Below are positions 37,951 through 48,940 of a stretch of DNA of 64,000 nt, one piece after another (positions within the stretch are counted from its first letter, which is position 1; the number at the start of each line of letters is the position of its first letter). Where the stretch lies: assembly GCA_963789005.1 (NCBI GenBank), contig CAWBIZ010000008.1:15643-79642 (forward strand). Reading direction: 5' to 3'. Under the pieces are notes generated by a model, which was not told the DNA's origin, did not search any database, and saw only the letters and a program-made list of their open reading frames with translations. Position numbers and translations under genes: made by a program. The stretch comes from an uncultured Solirubrobacteraceae bacterium. GTDB taxonomy: Bacteria; Actinomycetota; Thermoleophilia; Solirubrobacterales; Solirubrobacteraceae.

Positions 37951-40713
37951 TCACCCGCGATGACGACCGTTGACCGGCGCCAGCGCCGCGTGCAGCTCGG
38001 CTCGCGAAGTGATGCCGAGCTTCGGGAAGACCCGGTACAGGTGCGTGCTCACCGTGCGGTGCGAGAGGAACAACTGCTGGCCGATCTCGCGGTTCGACCG
38101 CCCGTCGGCCGCAAGCTGGGCGATCTGCAGCTCCTGCGCGGTCAGTTGATCGCGGGCCTCGGGCACCCGGCGCCGGCTGCGTTCCCCGGATGCACGCAGC
38201 TCGCGTCGCGCCTGCTCGCTCCACGGTGCGCACCCGAGCGCATCGAAGGTGTCACGCGCAGCCCGCAGGACGCCTCGGGACTCGGCGACACGGCGGTGAC
38301 GTCGCAGCCACTGGCCGTAGGCGAGCTGAATCCTCGCCCGCTGGAACGGCCACCGCGTCAGGTCGCTCGCCAGCGCCTCGGCGAAGCGATCGCCGGCCTC
38401 CGCAGGCTCCGCCACGAGCGCCCGGGCATGACGCAGACCAAGCGCGACCCATGTGCCCGGGCGGTCACCGACACTCGCCTCGACCTGCGACACGCGGGCG
38501 CGCGCGGCCTCGAGCAGGTCGATGTGGCTCGCGGCCTCGGCGAGATCCGCGATCAGCCAGGACGAGATCACCGGGTGGTATGCCGCGTCGCCCGGCTGGA
38601 ACAGGCGGTCCGCCGCTGCGTACGCGTCGCCATGGCGACCGACAGCGAGCGCGGCCAGTGCCTTCCCGAACTGGGCAAACGCCATCGTGATGTTCGCGCC
38701 GACCGGTGCCGCGACCATCTCAGCGCGTGCGGCCATGAGCTCGGCCTTTTGCTCGTCGCCCCGCATGGCCGCGACGAGCGAGATCGCCGTATCGGCCGCG
38801 GCCGCCCACTGCGGCTCCCCGAACTCCTGGGCGAGACGACTCGCCTCGTCGGCCGCGGTCGACGCCACCTCCCAGTCGCCGATGCGGGCGGCCATGGACG
38901 AGTAGAGCGTGAGCAACCGCGGCAGATGCCCGAGCCTTCCCTCCGTCCGCAGCCCGTCGATCGCCGCCGCCAGGAAATCGTTGCCCAGGTCGAAGGCGCC
39001 GACGACGAGCGCGGCCGGCCCGAAGAAGCGTGCGGCGTCGGTGTCGAGTCGCTCGCCGGTCGCCGCGCGTTCGAGGCGCGCGAGAACCCCGGAAGCGTGA
39101 CCCAACGGATCCGCATACGCATGGACGGCGAAGACGCGCGGGTCTTCAGCACTCGCATCGCCGAGCCTCCAGGACGCGTCGATCAGCGCTCGTCTCACCT
39201 CGGGACCCGGATCGACCCACCATGCGCGCGAGGCGACGAGCCAGAGGAGATCGACGTGCAGGTCGTGGTCGCCCGCCGCTCCCGCTTGCTCCGCTGCGGC
39301 GATCAGCGACTTGAACCGCTCGGCGTCGAGCGGGCGAGTCAACGCGGTCTCCTCGACCCAGGTGACGCGTGCGCGGTCCAACGCCCCGAGATCCAGCCGG
39401 CTGACCTCGCGGAGCAGCGGCACCACGACATCTCGCCTCCCGAGCTCCACGGCGAGCCCCGCGGCGCCGAGCAGGCGCCGGCTGCGGCTCCCCGGCTCGC
39501 CGAGCTCGGCGGCGCGTCTCATCGCGGTGACCGCGACCGGGACGGCGCCCCGCCGCCGTGCCCGTGCTCCCGCTTCCTCGAGCTCGAGCGCGATGTCCTC
39601 GTGCTCGCCGGACAGCAGCGCGGCGCGGTGCCATGCGCGCCGGTCCGGCTGGTCGTCGAGCACGTCAGCCAGCGCCTCGTGGACACGCCGACGTTCCGCC
39701 AGGCCGGCGCTCTGCGCGACCGCCGAGCGGATCAGCGGGTGCCGGAAGCGCAGCGTCTGAAGACCGGCGTCGACGATGCCGGCCTCAACGGCCTGCCCGG
39801 CAGCCTCGAGATCCACGGTGGTGCCACCGATGGCGGTGCTCGCGGCGACGATCTCGTTGACTCTGTCCTCGTCGCTGAGGGCGGCCACCAGCAGCAGCAG
39901 CCGCGTCGCATCGGGCAGATCGGAGACACGGTCGGCGAACGCGCGCTCGAGCCGTTCGGTCAAGGGCACGCCCCCGGCGACCCACTGCTCGCTCTCATCA
40001 CGTCCGGCGACTGCCGGGAGCTCCAGAATGGCGAGCGGGTTCCCGGCCGCTTCGCGCAGCACCCGCGCGCGCGCCTCGAGCGGCAGGTCCGGAGCCACCG
40101 CATCGAGCAAGGCGGCGGCGGTCGAATCATCGAGACCGACGACCTTGTGCTCCGGCAGGCCGGCCTCGTCGAGCACGGAGGGATAGCCGTCCCGGATCGC
40201 CGCGAGCAGGATGATCGGGTCAGACTCGATGCGCCGCGCGACGAATGCCAGCACGTCAGCGGTGGGCCGGTCGAGCCAATGAGCGTCCTCGACGACCAGC
40301 AGCAGCGGAGCATCGGCGGCGACGTCCGAGACGAGGTCGAGCGCGGCCATCGCGATCCGGAAGCGTTCGGGCGCGGGGTCGGGCGTCAGGCCGAAAGCGG
40401 CATCGAGTGCGGCGCGCTGAAGGTCGCGGAGCCCGCTCGCACGCTCACGCACCGGGCGGAGCAGCTGATGGAGCCCGGCAAACGGCAGATGCGCCTCGGA
40501 CTGGACACCGGCCGTGGTGAGCACGGCCATGCCGCGCCTGCGTGCCGTTCGCTCGCACTCGGACAGCAGGCGCGACTTGCCGATGCCCGGCTCCCCGCGC
40601 AGCACGAGCGCGTGACCGCGCGTTGCGACGTCGTCCAGGAGCGATGTCATGAGGTCCTGTTCCTCGAGGCGACCGAGGAGCGGCGGAGCTTCGCCGTGAG
40701 CCGTCCCGAGCAT
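37951..40713 (-). CDS. Large ATP-binding LuxR-family (LAL/MalT-like) transcriptional regulator
   Basis: P-loop LVLRGEPGIGKSRLL, a long helical middle region, and the C-terminal LuxR HTH LTAQELQIAQLAADGRSNREIGQQLFLSHRTVSTHLYRVFPKLGI. ATG 40713 lies inside ORF 37951..41355. Confidence 0.85.
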   Translation of the reverse strand: MLGTAHGEAPPLLGRLEEQDLMTSLLDDVATRGHALVLRGEPGIGKSRLLSECERTARRRGMAVLTTAGVQSEAHLPFAGLHQLLRPVRERASGLRDLQRAALDAAFGLTPDPAPERFRIAMAALDLVSDVAADAPLLLVVEDAHWLDRPTADVLAFVARRIESDPIILLAAIRDGYPSVLDEAGLPEHKVVGLDDSTAAALLDAVAPDLPLEARARVLREAAGNPLAILELPAVAGRDESEQWVAGGVPLTERLERAFADRVSDLPDATRLLLLVAALSDEDRVNEIVAASTAIGGTTVDLEAAGQAVEAGIVDAGLQTLRFRHPLIRSAVAQSAGLAERRRVHEALADVLDDQPDRRAWHRAALLSGEHEDIALELEEAGARARRRGAVPVAVTAMRRAAELGEPGSRSRRLLGAAGLAVELGRRDVVVPLLREVSRLDLGALDRARVTWVEETALTRPLDAERFKSLIAAAEQAGAAGDHDLHVDLLWLVASRAWWVDPGPEVRRALIDASWRLGDASAEDPRVFAVHAYADPLGHASGVLARLERAATGERLDTDAARFFGPAALVVGAFDLGNDFLAAAIDGLRTEGRLGHLPRLLTLYSSMAARIGDWEVASTAADEASRLAQEFGEPQWAAAADTAISLVAAMRGDEQKAELMAARAEMVAAPVGANITMAFAQFGKALAALAVGRHGDAYAAADRLFQPGDAAYHPVISSWLIADLAEAASHIDLLEAARARVSQVEASVGDRPGTWVALGLRHARALVAEPAEAGDRFAEALASDLTRWPFQRARIQLAYGQWLRRHRRVAESRGVLRAARDTFDALGCAPWSEQARRELRASGERSRRRVPEARDQLTAQELQIAQLAADGRSNREIGQQLFLSHRTVSTHLYRVFPKLGITSRAELHAALAPVNGRHRG

Positions 40714-40820
40714 GAGTTGCTCATCCTCCCATGGCCGCAGCACTACGCAGCCACGCCGCGCGGGCGGGTTCGGCGCGCGCGGCGGCCTCCGCGCCGCGCT
40801 GCCGAAACCCGAGCGGGATG

Positions 40821-41279
40821 TCACGCCGGCGTAGGAACGCTGTTCCGGCTCTCGATCGCCTTGACGGTCTTCTCGAACTCCCTTCTGAGGACGCGCTTGC
40901 CGACCGTCCCGAGCACGATCCCGAGCGCCCGGCCCTTGATGTTCTTGCCCTCGCGGACGACGACGGCGTCGACGCCGGTCGTGCCGTCGGACTGCCGCGT
41001 GAACGTGTAGGTGTGGCTCGAGGCGCCTCCCCATACGTTGGAGTCGGTGGTCGTCATGACGACGCGGTTGGGATCGGACCAGTCGTAGTGCAGGCGCTCC
41101 CAGACGCCGCCCGAGCCCTCGGTGACGTCGGCGTCGGTGGGGCCCTGGTCGTGCACCTTCAGGTACTCGTCGGCGCTGTTGCCGAACAGCTCCGAGCGGC
41201 CCGGCCCGAAGTCGGCGAGCCCGGCGACGAACTGCTCGGGCGTCGAGGTTGTCGTCTGGTTGAAGCGGATGGTGGACAT
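40821..41279 (-). CDS. Small SRPBCC/START-like protein (tentative)
   Basis: 152 aa with high GC3. The size and alternating beta-strand pattern resemble SRPBCC proteins, but I recognise no diagnostic motif. Confidence 0.5.
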   Translation of the reverse strand: MSTIRFNQTTTSTPEQFVAGLADFGPGRSELFGNSADEYLKVHDQGPTDADVTEGSGGVWERLHYDWSDPNRVVMTTTDSNVWGGASSHTYTFTRQSDGTTGVDAVVVREGKNIKGRALGIVLGTVGKRVLRREFEKTVKAIESRNSVPTPA

Positions 41280-41361
41280 GACGGCTCCTTGATCGGTAGT
41301 GATCTGTTGCCGTCCACCGTCCCGCTTCGGGCGCCCGATCGCGCCTGTGAAACACCCTGGT

Positions 41362-42705
41362 CTAGGCGACCTGCCGGCTCGCGGCCGTGATCTCCTTGTG
41401 GAGCGCCTTGAGTGCCAGGAGGTAGATCTCCGAGAACGTCGGGAAGGGCTGGATGGTGTCGATGAGGACGTCCAGCGGGACGCCGGCGCGGATCGCGAGC
41501 GTGGCCTGCTGGAGCCATTCGCCGGCCTCGGGGCCGAGCGCGTAGGCGCCGGTCAGCCGCTCGCCGTCGCTGAGCAGCGTGAGGAAGCCGTTGGACTCCG
41601 CGTACGCGCGCGTGTAAGCCGCGGTCTTGGCCACCTCGGACACGAGCGCCGTCGCGCTGAACGCGGCCTCGGTCGCGCCGGCCGCGGCGGCCTGCGGGTC
41701 GGTGAAGGTCACGCGCGGGACGGCGTCGTAGTGCGCCTCGCGCGGCTCGCCGAGGAGGTTGGCGGCGACGACGCGGCCCTGGTACTTGCCGACGTGGGTG
41801 AGCGGCCAGATGCCGGTGACGTCGCCGATCGCCCACAGCCGCTCTCCGGCGCGCAGCTGCGCGTCCACGGGCACGCCACGGGGGTCGGGTTCGATGCCTA
41901 CGGTCTCGAGCCCGATCCCGTTGACGCGCGGGCGGCGGCCGGTGGCGACGAGGAGCCGGTCGCCACGCACCACATGCCCGTCGTCGAGCTCGAGGACGTA
42001 GTTGTCTCCGTCGCGCCGTGCCGCGGTCGCATGCACGCCGAGGAGGAGCTTGATGCCGTCGCGGCGCAGCACCTCGGCGAGCGCCTCGCCCAGCGGCGCC
42101 GGCTCTCGCCCGAGCAGACCTCCCGCCACGAGCGCGACCTCGCCGCCGAGGCGGCGGACGGCCTGAGCCATCTCGACGCCGACCGGCCCGCCGCCGAGGA
42201 CCAGCATGCAGCGCGGGACGGCCTTCATGGCGGTCGCCTCGCGGTTGGTCCAGATCCCGTCGAGCTCGCGCAGCCCCGGGATCGGCGGGATGAACGGGTC
42301 GGCGCCGCAGGCGAGTACGACGTGATCGGCGGTGTGGCGCTCGCCGTCGACTTCGACCACCCCCGTCCCGGCGAGCCGGCCGCTGCCGCGCAGGAGCGCG
42401 ATCCCCTCTCCCTCCAGCCAGCGCTCCTGCCCGGCGTCGGAGTAGTCGGAGACCATGAAGTCCCGCCAGGCCAGCGCGGCCTCGACGTCGACCTCCGCGG
42501 TCGCCGCCGCGTCGCGGGCGCCGTGCACCGCCTCGCCCGGCCGTAGCAGCGTCTTGGACGGGATGCACGCCCAGTAGGAGCACTCGCCGCCGACCAGCTC
42601 GCGCTCGACGACCGCGACCCGCAGCCCGCCGTCGGCGAGCGCGCCGGCGCAGTGCTCGCCGGGCGAGCCGGCGCCCAGCACGATGACGTCGTAGTCGTTG
42701 CTCAT
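41362..42705 (-). CDS. FAD-dependent pyridine nucleotide-disulfide oxidoreductase (dihydrolipoyl dehydrogenase / mercuric reductase class)
   Basis: [15 protein letters not shown] (FAD GxGxxG), the redox-active disulfide [13 protein letters not shown], and a second Rossmann [17 protein letters not shown] 42705 lies inside ORF 41362..43707. Confidence 0.88.
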   Translation of the reverse strand: MSNDYDVIVLGAGSPGEHCAGALADGGLRVAVVERELVGGECSYWACIPSKTLLRPGEAVHGARDAAATAEVDVEAALAWRDFMVSDYSDAGQERWLEGEGIALLRGSGRLAGTGVVEVDGERHTADHVVLACGADPFIPPIPGLRELDGIWTNREATAMKAVPRCMLVLGGGPVGVEMAQAVRRLGGEVALVAGGLLGREPAPLGEALAEVLRRDGIKLLLGVHATAARRDGDNYVLELDDGHVVRGDRLLVATGRRPRVNGIGLETVGIEPDPRGVPVDAQLRAGERLWAIGDVTGIWPLTHVGKYQGRVVAANLLGEPREAHYDAVPRVTFTDPQAAAAGATEAAFSATALVSEVAKTAAYTRAYAESNGFLTLLSDGERLTGAYALGPEAGEWLQQATLAIRAGVPLDVLIDTIQPFPTFSEIYLLALKALHKEITAASRQVA

Positions 42706-42825
42706 CGCGACCTCCGTTGCCGGACCTAGGGCGTGCAGCGTCGCAGACCAGGGACTTACACGGGCGCGACGAGGCTCGAAACGCGGGACCGTACTGCCCA
42801 CACCCCAACCGCACCGGAGGCCACC

Positions 42826-43518
42826 ATGAGCACCACCGAATCGAACACCGCCACCGCTACGCAGGACACCGAGACGCGATCGATGGACCTCAAGCTCGAG
42901 GTCGCGATCCTGCCCGTGTCCGACGCCGATCGCGCAAAGCAGTTCTACGCGTCGCTCGGCTGGCGCGAGGACGCCGACTTCGTGATCAGCGAGGACTTCC
43001 GCGTTCTCCAGTTCACCCCGCCCGGCTCGCAGGCGTCGATCATCTTCGGCACCGGGGTCAAGGACGCAAGCGCCGCTTCGGCCGGGAGCCTGCTCCTCGC
43101 CGTCGATGACGTCGAGGCGGCGCGCGCCGAGCTGATCGAGCGCGGCGTCGACGTCTCCGAGGTCTTCCACGGCACCGCGTTCAGCGCCGACCGCCGGCGC
43201 CGCCTGCCCGGGCCGGACCCGGAGGGCAACTCCTACGGCTCGTTCGCGTCCTTCAGCGACCCGGACGGCAACGAGTGGCTCCTGCAGGAGGTCACGACCC
43301 GTCTGCCCGGGCGCGTGGACGTCGCCCGGCTCGCCCAGCTGCTGCTGGAGACGGCCCTGCACCACGACCGGTTCGAGAAGGCCTCGCCGGCGCACGACTG
43401 GTGGGACTGGTACGCGCCCTACCTGAGCGCCCGCGAGCACGGCAGCACCTCGGAGCAGGCCACCGCGGCCGCCGACCTCTACATGAAGGAGGCGCACGGT
43501 GTGGTGGTTTCCCGATGA
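42826..43518 (+). CDS. VOC/glyoxalase-family protein
   Basis: [23 protein letters not shown] and [11 protein letters not shown] are typical VOC-fold elements. ATG 42826 lies inside ORF 42733..43518. Confidence 0.8.
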   Translation: MSTTESNTATATQDTETRSMDLKLEVAILPVSDADRAKQFYASLGWREDADFVISEDFRVLQFTPPGSQASIIFGTGVKDASAASAGSLLLAVDDVEAARAELIERGVDVSEVFHGTAFSADRRRRLPGPDPEGNSYGSFASFSDPDGNEWLLQEVTTRLPGRVDVARLAQLLLETALHHDRFEKASPAHDWWDWYAPYLSAREHGSTSEQATAAADLYMKEAHGVVVSR

Positions 43519-43607
43519 GGTCGCGCACCTCGAGGCACTCGAAGAGCGCGTGAGCGACTGGCTCCAGCGCCGATAGCCCGCTTGAGGCCCCGCCGAATGG
43601 CGGGGCC

Positions 43608-46395
43608 TCAGACGGGCACGGCCGCCAGGCTGCCCTCGGGCAGCGCCGTGCGCAGCTGCCTGCGGGAGCTGATGCCGAGCTTTCCGAAGACCTTGCGCAG
43701 ATGCCACTCGACGGTGCGCGGGCTGAGGAACAGCTGCGCCCCGATCTCCGGGTTCGTGAACCCGTCGGCCGCCATTCGCCCGATCTGGGCCTCCTGCGGC
43801 GTCAGGTCGTCGAGCGTCTCGACCGTCCGCTTGCGCACCGTCTCCCCGGTCGCCAGCAGCTCGCGACGGGCGCGCTCGGCGAAGGCCTCCATGCCGGCGT
43901 CGGCGAGCATCTCATGGGCGAGGCGCAGCTGCTCGCGTGCGTCGACGCGGCGGTTCTCTCGCCGCAGCCACTCGCCGTACACGAGCAGCGCGCGGCCGAG
44001 CGCCACGCGGATGCGCGTACGGCCGAGCCGATCGATCGCCTCGCGGTAGAGCGGCTCGGCGGCCTGCCCTTCGCTGAGCAGCGCCCGGGCTGCGGGCGAG
44101 GAACCCCAGCGCCCAGTCGGTGTCGTTGGCCTCCGCGATCTCCACCAGCGTTGCGAGCCGAGCGGCGCCGCGCTCCGCCTTCCCGCTGCGGACGGCCGCC
44201 TCGATCAGGTCCGAGAGCAGCCACATCGGGCTGCCGAGCCCGTGCGGGAGCTCAGCGGCGCGCTCGGCGGCCGCGAGTGCATCGTCGTAGCGGCCGAGGC
44301 CGTTGTAGAGGACCGCGCTGCCCCAGTCGATGGAGGCGAGCCAGAAGCCCTCGCCGCGGCGCAGGACGTCCTGCCGGCGGGCCTCGATCAGCGCCAGCGC
44401 CTCGGCCTCCTGGCCGCGCCAGATGGCCAGCGCGATGGGCCCGCGCAGCGTGAGGTGGCTGCCCGTCGCCACCACCACGGCGTCCGCCTCGGCGAGATGC
44501 GACATCGCCCGCGCGAGGCGGCCGCAGAAGAGGTCGGCGTGGATCTGGTCGTCCAGTGCGAAGGGGAGCAGCAAGAGCGCGCCGGCCCGCCGCGCGAGCT
44601 CGACCTGGCGGGCGGCGAGGTCGTCCCACGCCACGTCGTCCCCGAGGGCGCGGGCGATGTGGCAGGCCAGCCACGACCAGTGCAGCTCCTCCTCCTCGGT
44701 CAGCGCCGCGTCCCGGAACCCGCGCAGCGCCTCCTTCAGCGCCGGCACCCCCGCGGCGTAGCCCTCGCTGATGAGGAGGGCGAGCCCGTTGAGCATCAGG
44801 TTGCACGCGCGCGGTGAGGGAAGCGACGTCGGCCGCACGTCCGCGGCGAGGACCGCCGCCGCAACCTCGCGCGCATCGCCGCCGCTCGCGAGGCGGTCGG
44901 CCGAGAGCGCCGCGGCGAAGGCCTCGAGGTAGGTCGCCTGAGCCAGCGTCGGGTCGAGCGGCTCCAGCCGCTTGGCCGCTTCGAGCAGCAGCGGAGGAGC
45001 GTCGCGGCCGCGTGTCGTGGCGAACGTGATCTGCGCGTGCAGCAGCTGCGCCCGCGCCTGCTCGAGCTCGTCCAGCGGTCCCGCCCGCGCCATCGCCAGC
45101 AGCCGCACGGCTGCGTCGGGCGCGCCGGCGTGGTACTTGCCCTCAGCCGCGGCCAGCGCACGCTCGGCACGGCGCTTCGGGTCGGGCGTCAGCTGCGCGG
45201 CGCGCTCGTGAAAGGCCGCCCCCGCCGCCAGGCCGCCGCGCGCCCGTGCCCGGCCGGCCGAGCGCTCCAGCTCGGCGGCGACGTCCTCGTCGAGTCCGGA
45301 CGTCGCCTGGGCGCAGTGCCATGCCCGGCGATCGGGATCGACGCCGGCGTCGGTCGCCTCCGCGAGTGCATGGTGGACGCGCTGCCGGTCCTCCGGCGCG
45401 GCCGCCCCGTAGACCGCCGAGCGCACCAGGGGATGGCGGAAGCGCACCTGGGCGCCGAGCTCGACCAGGCCCGCGGCGATCGCCGGCCCGGCGGCGCCGG
45501 CTTCGATCCCCAACTCGGCGGCCGCGCTCCACACCAGCAGCGGATCGCCCACCGGCTCGGCCGCCGCGACCAGCAGGAGCAGCCGCGTCGGCGGCGGCAG
45601 CTCCGCCAAGCGCTCCTGGAAGCGCTCCTCGATGCGACCGGGCAGCGCGGGCCCGCCGTTGAGCCCGAACCCGCCCGCCAGCTCGGCGGGCGTCCGTCCG
45701 CGCGGCAGCTCCAGCAGCGCCAGCGGGTTGCCGCGCGTCTCGCTGACGATCCGGTCGCGCACGCGCTCGTCGAGCGGACCCGCCACCACCGCCTCGAGCA
45801 GCGCCTGCGCATCGCCGTCGTCGAGCCCGCCGACGACGAGCTCCGGTAGACCGTCGAGATGCTGCTCGCCGGCTGGCTCGCGGACCGCGAAGACCAGCCC
45901 GACGGATTCCGCGCCCAGACGGCGAGCCACGAAGGCCAGCGCCTGGGCCGAGGCGCCGTCGAGCCACTGCGCATCGTCGACGACGCACACGAGCGGGCGG
46001 TCCTCTGCCGCGTCGGACAGCAGGCTCAGGACCGCCAGGCCGACGAGGAAGCGATCCGGCGCGGCGCCGTCGCGCAGACCGAACGCCGTGCCGAGCGCCT
46101 CCTGCTGCGGGCCGGGGAGGCGCTCGAGGCGATCGACGAACGGCGCGCAGAGCTGATGCAACCCCGCGAACGCGAGCTCGATCTCCGATTCGACGCCCGC
46201 CGCGCGGGCGACCGTGCACCCCGAGGCGCCCCGTACGAGGTACTCGAGCAGCGCGCTCTTGCCGACGCCCGCCTCGCCGCGCAGCACCAGCGCGCGACTC
46301 GGACCGTCGCGCACACTCGCCACGAGCCGATCCAACGCCGAGCACTCGCTACTGCGACCGAGCAACAACTGCGGCTTATGAGCGGACCCGGCCAC
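43608..46395 (-). pseudogene. Second LAL/LuxR-family ATPase regulator, interrupted by a 1-nt frameshift near 44085-44091
   Basis: ORF 43912..46395 carries the P-loop LVLRGEAGVGKSALL. ORF 43608..44006, whose frame is open further upstream, carries ...ARALLSEGQAAEPLYREAIDRLGRTRIRVALGRALLVYGEWLRR... and the LuxR HTH. The frames switch at the run GCCCGGGC. Confidence 0.7.
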
Positions 46396-46523
46396 CTGCC
46401 GAGGCTACGTCCGGCCCGTCTCGTTGGCAACCAGGGAGCGCAGACCAGGGTCTTTCCCGGGCGCGATGCGCGGGCGAGACGAGGAGCCTTGACGGCACAC
46501 CACATCAAGCTAGGAGTCACACC

Positions 46524-47198
46524 ATGAGCACGTACGACACCACCTACAACGACCAGGACCGCGGCGGCGAAGCGATCGCGCGCGAGCGCGCCCGGGAGCT
46601 GCTGGGGCAGGTCATGGGCTATGTCGCCGTCACGGTCGGATTCGCCGCGCTCGGCGCCTACCTGGGCCGCGACCTCGGCGGCGGGACCGGGCTGCTGCTG
46701 TTCATCGGCGCGTTCGCCGCCATCCTCGGACTCAACGTCGCCGTCGCCAGGGGCCGCGACCAGCTCGCGATCGGGCTGCTGTTCGGGCTCGGTCTGCTGC
46801 TCGGACTGGCGGTCGCTCCCGTCATCGCCGACTATGCGAACGCCGATCCGTCCGCTCTCTGGCAGGCAGCCGGTGCCACCGCGGCGTTCGTCGCCGCCCT
46901 CGGCACGTACGGCTACGCCACGCGCCGGAACCTCTCGGCGTGGGCGCGTCCGCTGCTCTGGGCGCTGCTGGGCCTGATCGTGTTCGGACTCGTCGCGATC
47001 TTCGTCTCGATTCCCAACGCGAACGTCATCTACGCCGTCGCGGGCCTCGTGATCTTCGGTGGCTTCACGATCATCGACTTCAACCGCCTGCGCCGCAGCA
47101 CGCCCGACGCCGCCGTGCCGATCGCGGCCGGGATCTTCCTCGACGTCTTCAACGTCTTCCTGCTCACCCTCGACCTGTTCGGCGGGCGGCGCGACTGA
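46524..47198 (+). CDS. Bax inhibitor-1/YccA-family membrane protein
   Basis: 224 aa with about 7 hydrophobic segments. The N-terminal cytosolic tail followed by MGYVAVTVGFAALGAYLG fits the family layout. Confidence 0.8.
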   Translation: MSTYDTTYNDQDRGGEAIARERARELLGQVMGYVAVTVGFAALGAYLGRDLGGGTGLLLFIGAFAAILGLNVAVARGRDQLAIGLLFGLGLLLGLAVAPVIADYANADPSALWQAAGATAAFVAALGTYGYATRRNLSAWARPLLWALLGLIVFGLVAIFVSIPNANVIYAVAGLVIFGGFTIIDFNRLRRSTPDAAVPIAAGIFLDVFNVFLLTLDLFGGRRD

Positions 47199-47214
47199 GC
47201 ACGGGCGCGTGGCA

Positions 47215-47796
47215 TCAGCGCTTGATGCGGTAGCGGAGGTGCGTGGCGCTCGGCGCCGGGATGTGGTCGACGGGTTCGAGCCGGATGTGCTCCGGCAGCG
47301 TCTCCGTCAGCCGCGTCCCGGCGCCGAACAGCACCGGCACGACGTGGACCGAGAGCTCGTCGACGAGGCCCGCTCGCAGGAACTGGGTAGCGACGGTCGG
47401 GCCGCCCATGACGTTCACAGCTTTGCCGTCCGCGGCCTCGCGTGCCTGCGCGAGGGCGTCCTCGATCCCCGTCGTGACGAAGTCGTAGACGCCTCCGGCG
47501 GGAACGTCGGCGGGTGCCGCGTGGGTGACCACGAAGAGCGGTAGCCGCGCCTGACCGGACGGTCCGTCGGCCTGCCACCAGCGGATCGAGTCGTCGTACG
47601 TCGTCCGGCCGCAGATGATCGCGCCGGCGCCGGCGATGCCGCGCTCGAGCACGTCCCGGCCGGCCGCATCGTCCTTGTTCATCGCCCACTCGTGCAGGGC
47701 CTCGCCGCCGACGCCGAGCGGCTCGTCGGGTGTCGGGTTCGCCGCTCGGACGTACCCATCCAGGGACATGCTGATGTCGTAGTTCACAGAGCTCAC
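47215..47796 (-). CDS. Dihydrofolate reductase-like (RibD C-terminal domain) family protein
   Basis: Motifs SMSLDGY, GRTTYD and VDELSVHVVPVLFGAGTRL. The GTG at 47796 is preceded by GGAGG at 5-nt spacing. Confidence 0.8.
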   Translation of the reverse strand: MSSVNYDISMSLDGYVRAANPTPDEPLGVGGEALHEWAMNKDDAAGRDVLERGIAGAGAIICGRTTYDDSIRWWQADGPSGQARLPLFVVTHAAPADVPAGGVYDFVTTGIEDALAQAREAADGKAVNVMGGPTVATQFLRAGLVDELSVHVVPVLFGAGTRLTETLPEHIRLEPVDHIPAPSATHLRYRIKR

Positions 47797-47923
47797 GGCT
47801 GCCTCCGGTATCGACGTAAGGTTTCTACTCGCACGTCGAACGAGGCCGGGCGAAACCGACACGGACCGCAAGATTCACGCCCTGATGACGCGCCTTGCGT
47901 CGTGCACGGGTAGGACGTCGGAC

Positions 47924-48925
47924 ATGACGCCACTCAGCCTGCGCGCGCTGCTCGTTGCGCTTCTCGCCCTCGTCGTGTGCGCTGCCCCAGCAGCCGCACG
48001 TCCGCTCCCTGCCGACCCTGCGCCGCCGCCCGCGGCCGACGGCGAGCGGATCGCCGCCGCCTTCGCGAAGCTCACACGCGGGACCAGCTGGCAACTCGTG
48101 AACAAGGTTCCGCTGAAGTTCGACGCTCACCATCCCGAGGGTGTCGCACGGATCGGCGATCACTTCGTCCTTTCCACCGTCGAGGTGACCGAGCCGACGC
48201 AGCGCTACCAGCCGCCCGGGACGATCGTCGACGGGACCGACCGCACTCCCGGCCGCGGCGTCGGGCACCTGATCGCGTTCGACGCCGAGGGCAATTCGCT
48301 GGCCGATGTCCGGCTGGACGATCGCGCAAACATCTACCACCCGGGCGGGCTCGACTACGACGGCGACGACCTCTGGGTAGCGGTCGCCGAATACCGGCCC
48401 AACAAGCCGTCGATCATCTACAAGGTCGACCCGCTCAGCCTGTTCGCGCGGCCGGTGTTGCGTACCCCCGACCACATCGGGGGGATCGTCCACGACACCC
48501 GGCGCCACCGGGTGCTGGGGCTCAACTGGGGCTCGCGCACCGCGTACGAGTGGAAGCTCACCCGCCGCGGGGCGAGAGTGACGGACACGACCTCGAACCC
48601 GAGCCACTACGTCGACTACCAGGACTGCAAGTACCTCGGCCGCCCTCGCGGTTTCGAGAACCCGGCGATGCTGTGTGGCGGGATCGCAGGACTGCGCCAT
48701 CCAGGACCTGACGGAGCGATGGTGAGCTACGACCTCGGCGGCGTCGCGCTCGTGGATGTGACGACGATGCGCCCGATCAACGAGGTGCCGTTCCAGGAGT
48801 ACACCGACCAGCGGCAGGTGGCGACGCGCAATGCGATCGACGTGCAGATCGTCGACGGGCGCCTGCGCCTGTACCTCGTCGCCGACGACGACGATTCCGA
48901 TCTGCTGGTCTATGAGGCCCGGTGA
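47924..48925 (+). CDS. Secreted hypothetical protein
   Basis: Signal-like MTPLSLRALLVALLALVVCAAPAAA. High GC3 throughout. An alternative ATG lies at 47885. No motif recognised. Confidence 0.65.
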   Translation: MTPLSLRALLVALLALVVCAAPAAARPLPADPAPPPAADGERIAAAFAKLTRGTSWQLVNKVPLKFDAHHPEGVARIGDHFVLSTVEVTEPTQRYQPPGTIVDGTDRTPGRGVGHLIAFDAEGNSLADVRLDDRANIYHPGGLDYDGDDLWVAVAEYRPNKPSIIYKVDPLSLFARPVLRTPDHIGGIVHDTRRHRVLGLNWGSRTAYEWKLTRRGARVTDTTSNPSHYVDYQDCKYLGRPRGFENPAMLCGGIAGLRHPGPDGAMVSYDLGGVALVDVTTMRPINEVPFQEYTDQRQVATRNAIDVQIVDGRLRLYLVADDDDSDLLVYEAR

Positions 48926-48940
48926 ACGGACTTTGTGCCG

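Noticed and set aside
37822-41010. ORF 37822..41010(+) of 1062 aa. The same applies to ORF 57937..62493(+) of 1518 aa.
   Set aside because: They are antisense to the LAL regulator and to the kinase-ATPase/GH15 genes respectively. Their composition is Arg/Gly/Asp/Glu/Ala/Pro/Val-biased low-complexity and I recognise no domain.
32488-48940. A defined integrated mobile element at tRNA-Thr.
   Set aside because: No integrase, recombinase or transposase genes and no clear att-like direct repeat were seen. I kept this only as a low-interest hint.
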